The notes under the pieces are model-generated. The model was not told the DNA's origin. It ran no database searches and was given only the letters and a program-made list of their open reading frames with translations. A stretch of DNA of 64,000 nucleotides from Macrostomum lignano (Eukaryota), in contig NIVC01001377.1 of NCBI GenBank assembly GCA_002269645.1, forward strand, positions 1 through 64,000, in the 5' to 3' direction. Shown one piece after another: positions 11,190 to 20,312 of the stretch. Each line of letters begins with the position of its first letter. Position 1 is the stretch's first letter. The translations under genes and the position numbers were made by a program.

Positions 11190-12185
11190 CTATTCGAGAT
11201 CTGCTTTTGGTAACAGCAATCCATTGCCCATAACGTTTGAATTTAAGAAAATTCCTGAACCTGCTTTTGGTCTCATTTCGAGATATAATCCGCTTCCATC
11301 ATGCTTTTCAATTATGTTAAAATCTTTTCCTAATTTAGTAAAAATCTTCTGAACTGCTGGCCTAAAATTAGCCCCAATATTGTCAAAAAATCCTTTAGCT
11401 TTCTCGCCAGTTTTTTCTAAAGTTTGACCAAATTCATGTAGTTTATCTGCTACAACTCCGCTTCCTTGGGTTGTTCCTTGTAAAAGTAAACCATTGCCAT
11501 GATTTGATCCTTTTAATATTAACCCTTTTCCAGCTGATAACCTAGCTTCTGCATTTCTTTTTTGCTCAGCTGTTGCTGAACTACTATTAATTGTATCGAT
11601 AAGTTTTTGTTTAAATTGTGCGTCCTGCGTTATTTGCTGTCTTTGAAATTCGGCCTCTCTTTTAGCTTTTTCGTCCGCAGCTTTTTTGTCATTTACTGCT
11701 TTTGCAATTCCAGCTGCTCCGCCAGCAACTCCTCCAGCTGCTCCAATTCCTGCAAAAATTATTGGGAGCAAAGCTGCAAGGGGCAAGATTCCCCCCTGTT
11801 TCGCTCTTAACTCTCCTAGCTGTTTTACATTATCATGAATTCTTTTTCCGGCTAAACCGACTGCTCCAGCTGCGCCAAGCCCTAAAAGAAGCGGTAGAAT
11901 GGGTAGTAATCCGCCGTCCTTTTTAGTGTGAGTCTCCATTAAAAATTTCACATCGGAGTCGGTCAACCTATAATTTCTGCCGCGATTCTTAAAGGATATT
12001 GGCCTTCCTTCTTGTGCATATTTTGCTGCGAGTTTAAATGTATCGATGTCGTAGTCAAACTTTTTACCTAATCGATCCAATCTTTTTAACATTGTGTGGG
12101 TTTGCTTATTATCATCAAGATTTAAGGTATCTACAATTTCTCCTATAAAATATAACCGGTTTTCATCATCATTAACTGAGCCCAT
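11190..12185 (-). CDS. Virion core/cement-type precursor (Polinton PZ-like) with repeated GG/GxG protease-site motifs
   Basis: KDGG-LLPILPLLLGLGAAG, KQGG-ILPLAALLPIIFAGIGAAGGVAGGAAGIAKAV and six GxG-hydrophobic motifs. Confidence 0.7.
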   Translation of the reverse strand: MGSVNDDENRLYFIGEIVDTLNLDDNKQTHTMLKRLDRLGKKFDYDIDTFKLAAKYAQEGRPISFKNRGRNYRLTDSDVKFLMETHTKKDGGLLPILPLLLGLGAAGAVGLAGKRIHDNVKQLGELRAKQGGILPLAALLPIIFAGIGAAGGVAGGAAGIAKAVNDKKAADEKAKREAEFQRQQITQDAQFKQKLIDTINSSSATAEQKRNAEARLSAGKGLILKGSNHGNGLLLQGTTQGSGVVADKLHEFGQTLEKTGEKAKGFFDNIGANFRPAVQKIFTKLGKDFNIIEKHDGSGLYLEMRPKAGSGIFLNSNVMGNGLLLPKADLE

Positions 12186-12195
12186 TTTTATATTG

Positions 12196-12606
12196 TTAAA
12201 ATTTCTTTAATCCTTTTCCACCTTTAATAGTATTTAACATTTTATTAAAATCCTGAATATCTTTATTACTTATTGGTGCGCTTTTCGTGGGGGTTTCTGT
12301 TGGTTGTGCGGCTTGGGTTGCTTCCTGTGCTAATTTCAAATCTTTTATTGCTTTTATCTGTGAGAGAGTATCGTTAAATTCTCTCAATTTCTTTAGTTCT
12401 TCTGCCGCTCTAGCTGCTTCAATTCCTCCTTTTACAGCATTTGTTATAGAGCCTGCTGCAGAGCCAGCTTGTCCTATAAGCCCCATATTGTCTTTAACAA
12501 AATTTGCTGCTGTTCCAACCAAATCAAAAAGTCCCTCACCTCGGTATTCAATTGGATCTCCTACCTGCAATTCGTTCAGATTTTGCATATGTGTAACGTG
12601 TGTCAT
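12196..12606 (-). CDS. Small virion core protein with RGEG-LFD amphipathic segment
   Basis: AAAAATG at 12606 (MTHVTHM...); GEGLFDLVGTAANFVKDN and C-terminal GGKGLKKF. Confidence 0.6.
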   Translation of the reverse strand: MTHVTHMQNLNELQVGDPIEYRGEGLFDLVGTAANFVKDNMGLIGQAGSAAGSITNAVKGGIEAARAAEELKKLREFNDTLSQIKAIKDLKLAQEATQAAQPTETPTKSAPISNKDIQDFNKMLNTIKGGKGLKKF

Positions 12607-13109
12607 TTTTTGTTCTATTTTTAGTAACAGAAAAAAGATTGTCTGCATTCCATTTAGACCAGATTTTAGACCAAACAAAACTAGACTATCGTTTTGGTTT
12701 TCGTTTTCAAAAATTTGGTCTAAAATCTGGTCTAAATGGAATGTTGGGTGGGTAGGTGAGCTGACTATAAATAGCTTCTATTCTTTCCGACCCTTCGCGC
12801 CTGCGGCGCGTGCGACGGGTTCTAGAAAGTTTGTGTGTGTTGGAGAGAGTTAGAAGCGTTGACGATACAAAATACCCAGCAAACCAAAGCGAGCGACGAG
12901 GGCGTGTTCTCACCATTCAAAAAGAATTAATCGTTGTAAGTGTGAAATGGCCTGTTTGACCGAAATGAAGCGAGGATGAGCGAAGCGAGTTGAGCGAAGT
13001 GAAGACGAGCGAAAATGAAGGGAAACAGGCCATTTCACACTGATAAAGGGTTAAATTGTTTGCAATGGTGAGAATGGTTTGCTGGGTATTTTGTATGGTA
13101 TATACTACT
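12607..13109. repeat. Non-coding right terminal region (probable TIR) with internal inverted repeats
   Basis: About 500 bp without genes ending in ACTACT. IR pairs: 12646-12675/12714-12743, 12865-12886/13075-13096, 12907-12917/13064-13074, 12939-12957/13023-13041. The matching left TIR cannot be seen. Confidence 0.7.
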
Positions 13110-16100
13110 GGCAAACGTATCTTGGATTAAATTAAATGCGCATAAGCCCAAATGCTCTGAAAAAAGCTATAGTAAAAAACGAATAAACAAAAAGTCACGA
13201 GTTGTCTATGGCCAACAGATGAGTACTCTACTCCCCGGTCCTGTCAGTGGGGTGTTTCAGAGTAGGAGTCAAAGTCTGCGCCTTGCAGCAAACATCTCGA
13301 AACCATGAGTTGATGACTTAATCTCGCATTGGATTAATAATCCCATAATTATAGCTTTGATCTGCAGCAACAATGCCCAAAAATATGCTTGCATAATTAT
13401 TTACGGCAATCCATCTCTGCACTAGATTTGTCTTTAGAAATCAATTCTAGCCAAGTTGAATAAGTTGAATAAGTGAAGCTGTCCGTTTGCACTTTATTGT
13501 GTATACTGCATGGCTAGATCTTCCTAAATAGCTTTTTTATTTTTTGCGTGCAGATTATAATGCCACTTAGATGAATATGGAAAGAGTTAATGAAAATCAA
13601 TATTATTTATCCATGGAATCATTATAGTAATACTCTGCGCATAAAGAGGACTCCATTGAGCCTATTGGGCTTTGTATAGGATTAAAGAATATCCTGCTGG
13701 AAATTGAAAGGCCGCTTATGCCTGTCTAGTCGTTAAGATTAGAGTGAGTCTCTTTACGGCACTTTACTCCAGCCGCAAAAAGTCTGCGATATAATTTATT
13801 GGGGAGTTTAAATTTTTTCCTGTGCAACGATTGTACCGGTAGTCTGACACCGCTTCTTTGCTTGGAGTTGATTTATGGCATATTCTGATTTTTTTAACAG
13901 CAGAAAAATAAGCCTCATAGAGTAGCGCTATGACTGAATTTTTTTGGAAAACTGGTGTTTAACAGCTTCACTCAGATTTTAAGCACTCAACAGTCCAGCA
14001 GTGCCTTACTAATCAGGGAGTACTTCGGAACCTTTAAAGACAATTATAACGTTGGATTTGAAATGCTCGATTGTATGGATATTGTCCGGACTGTTGGAAG
14101 ACTGGAAACATTTATCTAGTAGTCAGGGGATTGTAAAAGCTTACTGTCTACCTCTGGAGGATCGTGCAAACGCTTATCCACCTACAGCTACTACAGCATG
14201 TATACGAATATCCTCAGTGGAGCAATGCCGTCAATTAATCAATTTGCCGTTCCGTCTAGCTTTGCTGTTGGGGATTTTGCTTCGCAAACAGCGTGTCACA
14301 TCAAAGGTTACTATATTATAGATCTACCAGCATTTTGCGTACTATGCAGAACAGTAATGTTGAGTGGGAAGATGCTGCATTTCTGCTACAGTACAGTAGT
14401 ATGCTTTATTCTATCCACTGCGCTTTGGTTGCTACTTAAATAGGAGCCTCCAAAATATCCGCTAGATGCCTTCTCACAAGCCCTTGTGAGTGTCATGCGT
14501 CTACCGATAAGCTGATCTGCCAAGTAAAAAAGGGAAAGTAATTATTGCTCGCGGTGAAACCCGAATGAGCGCACTGCCGAGTGTTCACCCAGAAGTTTCA
14601 AGGCATGCATTTTAATGTGTGTACGTGTGCGTGTGAATGGCGCCAGTGAATTTTTGTTCAAACGAATGGTTTACATTTTGTTACGCGGGATTGTAGATTA
14701 TTTTTTCCAGCTGTAGAGCGTGCGGAAAAAATGATTAGAAAGCGACTGGCGCCTCTAATATATTGAAAAAAGTTTTCGAATGCCAGGATTGTCACTACTG
14801 CATCATAAACAGATGATGAGTGATGCTGGTGACACGAAAGCTGAAGCTGGGCTAAGCTTGTCTCCCATCTGTCTCCGCGTCTCGATCATGCTGTCAGGAA
14901 ATCAGTCTAATTCCATTTCCTATTATTGTTTCTGCGTGTGCAGTGCCTAATAGCATTTCTAAAGCTTCGCTTTTAACTTAAATTTACGAGTAAACCGCGA
15001 TCGCTCTCTGCCTGAGGTATTTTAAGCGATTTAAGAGTGCAAAAACGTGACTTGAAGTCTTACTAGTGTAAAAAAAAGTTTTAAAACTTCATGCTAGCAT
15101 GTCCATTGCCAATTTCATGCTACTTAAATCTGAAAAAGGATTTGTGCTTGTTTTTACTAAAAGTACATATCTGTCCCTCCCAACGACTACGCAATGCAAA
15201 AGCTATGAAAAACTATTCCTAAGTGATCGAATACACTTCCCTGACAGCAAGCACACTTGTGTGTTTTTGTCCCCTGAGTGTGATGATACAGATGTGAATT
15301 TCGATATTTATATTGTTTCGTTTTTTATCTTTTTGTCTGGATGTTTTTTCGCGCTAAAATACACACTGGTTCTGTAAGTGGAAGGTTAGGGCTTAATGAA
15401 ATGCTCTTGACGTTTTGTTACCTGCATGCAATTCCACTAATCAGTTTGCTCGCACACTTGGATAGGCTCAGCGTGTGCCTAAGTGTATCACTCTAGTAAT
15501 GCCATCTTCTTTCGATTTGGATGATTCCATAAAGTAACAAAAATCTTTTCCGTTTGAAATACCTGTCTTTGCTAGCAATATCCGTCTCTTTTGTCCAGCT
15601 CTTTTTGATTGTAACGAAGGACTTAAGACTTCTTTTTTATCAATGTAGAGCCCAAGGGAAATAAAAATTGCATGTATCAATTTATACATTCGTCTGCCTT
15701 TTGGCCATCTGGGTTATTGTAATTTTAAGCATTTAGTTTATGAATCACTTCATAGTGTTTTAGAATTTGCAGTGAGCTTACACTAAATCGATTTTATTGA
15801 GATAACAAGTTTTTTGCTAACAAAAGTTTGTGGTTGTCCTTGCAGATCACAAATAAAATGAGCAATGAAATGGGGAGTTAGGGGTATTGAACTGCTGTAG
15901 GGATCATAAGTTGTATTTTGAATTGTATAGTTTAACTTTAGAATTGACTTTTCTATAAGGATCTAGTAGAGCTACGCACATGTTCAAGTGTGTGACTTTA
16001 ATACACATGTGCATTGTTTATAAATTATTAGCCTGTATAATTGATGCCAAATTTTCGATTTTGTAAGGTTCAAAAACCTTAACAATGCGAATGAGACAAT

Positions 16101-16969
16101 AATTCTAAGAGGTTTATTTTCTCGAGGCAAGATTTTGACTTGCATTGGTCGCCTGGAGTGGCATAAAAATGGAGGTCAGCATATTATTTTATTTGGCAGC
16201 TCTCCGTGTTACCTAAACTCAATTCTGGTTCATGTGTGCAATCACATTTTCTCCTGTTAAGTTCTGACTGTTTCAAGGCCTCCCTTGTTTTAGCCAAGCA
16301 AACTAATTAACTTTCAAAGGAAATTGTGCCTGTCGAGTATAACGACTACTTGATTTACTCTTCCTCAGAAATTTGATTTATGAAAGGAGACGCTGTCCCA
16401 GCTTTGTATCATTTTAATTTCCCTTTAGACTTCGTTTCCTCAAGACTGTTATTGCTAGTTCGAGTGGCTTTTTTCCTGGCTAGAATTTGAAATTAGAAGA
16501 CTCATCGGGTTTTGATATTTAAATGAAACGCAAATCAGCGGCAAAGGTTATTATGTTACCGGTAGTGTTGCGCTCAAGCTTGCATGCAAGTGTGTTTAAT
16601 AGCTTCAATATGCAAACGCATCGATTCAAAAGTCTTTCATACACCTCCAACCGGGCACTAAATGACGATTATTTCCAATTGTGATGTCACTATGCATAAA
16701 AGATTGAACTGCACATTTAGAAGCCATAAATATGGCTTTTTCTAAGTTGCAATGATCAGATTGAATCTAGGAGCAAGCAATTTAATACTTGGTGGGGGAA
16801 TCAAGCTATTTAAAACTAGTCTTTCATTATCTATGGCCTAAGGGGGTCTCAAAAGTAGCAAAACCAGAATTGCATACGTTTCAGCCTTGGAAATGCAATC
16901 ATAATGTTAGATGATTATTGTTCCCTTTTATATCTATGGCCATATGTCATATGCGTTTTGCGCTCTGGT

Positions 16970-17170
16970 GTCTATGGCCAAGACATACCTTGCGTGTAAA
17001 ATGATTGTTGCCGACTGTTGGTCCGTTTATGTCTATGGCCAAGACATACCGTGCGTGTAAAATTATTGTTGCCGACTGTTGGTCCGTCTATGTCTATGGC
17101 CAAGACATACCGTGCGTGTAAAATGATTGTTGCCGACTGTTGGTCCGTTTATGTCTATGGCCAAGACATA
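16970..17170. repeat. 61-bp minisatellite (about 3.3 copies) with a near-palindromic core
   Basis: GTCTATGGCCAAGACATA at 16970, 17031, 17092 and 17153. Confidence 0.9.
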
Positions 17171-17452
17171 TATCATGCTGTGGGATTAGAGGAAGAATGG
17201 TTAGTCACGGGCATGTACAATGTGCTGAAGTTGCACATTGCGGTTCGATACCATCACACGATTTTTCAAGTGAAGAGGAATTATGATAAAACCTGGTTGT
17301 GATGAAACTTTTCAGGTAAAAACTTCGCTACAAAGGCCAAATTTAAAATCGCATCTAGGGTTAATTTCGATGGTGCACTTTGGAAATTTGACATTAACCA
17401 TTGCGAATTTCATTATGAGAATTCACCTTCGGAGTGATTTTTACCTACTGTG

Positions 17453-17640
17453 TGGCTGTAGCATTAGTGGTTAGAGCGTCGGAAGTCGGGTGTTCGATTC
17501 TAGACCCACTTAGAACAATTTGTGTCCTTGAACAAGACACTCAACTCTGCATGTCTTCAGTTCACCCAGAAGTAAAATGGGTGCCAGCATTAGGAAAGGT
17601 AATTGAGCTGCGGCTGAGCTGTCGGTTGCACATCTGGCCC
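17453..17640 (+). mobile_element. tRNA-head SINE (partly deleted copy)
   Basis: A-box TAGCATTAGTGGTTAGAGCG, B-box GTTCGATTC, then GTGTCCTTGAACAAGACAC...GTTCACCCAGAAGTAAAATGGGTGCCAGC; same family as 21830-22036. Confidence 0.75.
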
Positions 17641-18429
17641 AACTGGGGCAGGTGCGATTGATTTTAACTATTATTGGGCTTTAAAGAAAATTTATTAGTT
17701 AGTTAAATTTCAATTTTATTGAACTCCACTATGAACTACTCTTCTCAGATCGACCCAGATGAATTGTCTAAACGACGCCAGCTAGCCAGTGAGAGTTGGT
17801 TTCGCTTGGCCGTGGCCGACCTGCCGCAGCCTACCGAATCTGGCGCAGAGTTTGACAGCTCTACTGCTGATGGTGAGCTGTTGGAAACTGTGTTTTTGAT
17901 ACATATCGTTAGGTACCAGCTCAGCAAGTTACTTATTATGTACTGCCTCCAGTTTTGTTTGCTCAGAATAAAAATCAATTTACTCTAAGTTATGCTTATA
18001 CAATATCATTATTCATTAATAAATCTCGGGTTTCGATCCTTTAATTCATTGAAGAGTCAGAGATATTAACCGGAGTTGACTATTATTGAGTACCCATTTG
18101 CTCTGCTCCAATTATCCGAAATTGATCGGTATTCTATAGTATAATATTGGGGATTGGAAAATTGAGAAGATTTATTGCTGACCTTGGCTGGCATTTCTGC
18201 TCAAAGTCAGGACTAAAACAGGCTGTATTATGAGCAGTGCTGCGAATGTGAAGATCTGCACTGTGCTCTCTGATTTTATTGATTGAACAAATATAGGTAA
18301 GGCTTGACAGGGGCGTGGTTTGACTTTTTTGTGGCGCGTCTCGTCAATTTTTTTTTGCCCAAGTACGCTGTTTGAAATTCCAGCACAAGCTTTGTTATAA
18401 AATCCGATTCCAATTTATAGACAGCTTCT

Positions 18430-18790
18430 ATAGATACCCACCGCTCTACTTCTTTATCTTACCAAGCTACTTCTATGTCTACTTATCTACTTCTTTATCT
18501 TACCAAGCTACTTCTCTGTCTACTTATATACTTCTTTATCTTACCAAGCTACTTCTCTGTCCACCTATCTACTGCTTTATATTACCAAGCTACTTCTCTA
18601 CTTAGAAGTACTTATCTACTTCTTTATCTACTCAGCCACTTCTCTATCTACCTAGCCACTCCTCTGTCTACCTAGCCACTTTTCTATCTACCTAACCACT
18701 TCTCTGTCTAGCTATCTACTTCTTTATCTACCCAGCCACTTCTCTATCTACCTAGCCACTTTTCTATATACGTAGCTACGTATCTGTCGC
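18430..18790. repeat. Degenerate CT-rich minisatellite (CTTCTTTATCTTACCAAGCTA-like)
   Basis: Repeated motif visible across the interval. Confidence 0.75.
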
Positions 18791-20312
18791 CCTAATTCTC
18801 CTGCTAAGTTTTTGCTTCTATATCTGCCACCTATCCAAATATATGTAGTTGGGTCTCTAGCAGATGAAAAGCCTAGAAAATGTGTTATCATTTGCTCAAC
18901 TTGAGCATCAATCAATGCAGTAAAAATAAATAGTAGTGCAGGTCATATGTATCAAAAGTAGATCCTCAGAACTTTTTTCCAAGCTGCTATCTGCCGTTTT
19001 CTGTCATCTGCTTCGCCTCTCTGCATGGCACGCCCCGTTGCTTTAGAGATCAGAAATCCTTCTATTCGAATTAATGCAATTAGTGCCTATATGTATGCCT
19101 ATGCAGACCTAACTGACTGATTGATTGCATTACCTCTGCACGGCGAGGCACTTGTCCAGCGGCAGGTAGTTGAGTGTCTAATCTGGCGATCTAGAGTCCC
19201 TCTATACCAGTGCATGTCTCTCTGTGTGCTCCTTTTTTCTTTAGCCTTATAGCCTTACTACAGTTGGCAGTCTTACACGAACAGTACTCAAAGCTAATTA
19301 ACGTCCTATTGTAGCTTTTAAGTTGAAGCTTAAAAGCGTTGCAGACTTTATCAATTCGTATTTGATATTTCCCCTTTCTCATTTCTCCCAACCAACTCGC
19401 CACGTCTTCCCATTTTGTTCCCAGGGGGGGTATTTTGTTTTAGTTCGCACTGCATGACTGAATGTATTAAAAAATCGGAAAAAGAGGAATGCTTCGTTCT
19501 TTATATTATCCTTAATGTACATGCGGCTCATGCACTATGCATGAGTCCAAGCTCTTACTTAATTCCTTGTGAATTCCGGCTTTTTAGTACTCGCGGTCGT
19601 GTGGGAGACGTTGATTTTTACGGAGGCTTAAAGGTTTTAAAAATTTACAAAGAATGATGTTTTAAAATCCATGCTTTATTATGCAGTTAATTTAACATTT
19701 ACTAAACTTGCGCAATTAAACAGATCGTGGTGCATTATTAAAGTTTGTAGATTTTTTTTGTATTTTTTATGTTTTATGCACATCACAATAGCGACAATAC
19801 CTCGATATTATATTAATAATATGTAGTAGCGCATCTGTACGAGAAAAAAATAATAAGTATCGTTTCTTTGGACAAACAAAATATCTCAAATATTGTTAAA
19901 TAGTACAGCACAGTAAGACTGATCGCATTTAAACAAAAAATCTTAGTATTTAATTTTACAGTTTGTTAAAACACTAGTCGCATTGAAATGTTAGTTTTAA
20001 AGGTTAAAAACTGGAAAATACAACGAGATTCAAATTCAATTCAAATTCCGACAACACTAAAAACGATCGGCTATATTAGCTAGTGCTAATTCGATTGCGC
20101 GAAGCTGTGGAGTATCAACAGTTCCGCGTATATCATAAGATAATTCGGACAGTGCAAGTACAACTCTCATGGGGACGACACATTGACTTCTACTAATCTC
20201 TTCTATAGAGCCATGAATACAGAATGACGAAATTTAACGGGGAAAAATCATAAAGATTTCTTGGTACGCATTAAAACAAGAGTTGTTGCTTTTCGTTGCA
20301 TCGACGCTGCAG

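Larger units (their letters stand above)
1..13109. mobile_element. Polinton/Maverick (adintovirus-like) endogenous dsDNA virus, right-hand part; left end lies outside the window
   Basis: Gene-dense AT-rich block with capsid, A32-like ATPase, penton, adenain and pPolB motifs. Nearly every ORF starts in an AAAATG context. Ends in ACTACT at 13104-13109, the complement of the AGTAGT terminus typical of Polintons. Gene density collapses beyond it. Confidence 0.93.

Noticed and set aside
8636-12853. Plus-strand ORFs opposite PolB and core genes (8636, 9641, 10775, 10813, 11607, 11702, 12287)
   Set aside because: Antisense shadows of well-supported minus-strand genes.
16970-17170. CRISPR-like array (palindromic repeat plus ~40-nt spacers)
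   Set aside because: The spacers are near-identical, there are no cas genes and the context is eukaryotic; it is a minisatellite.
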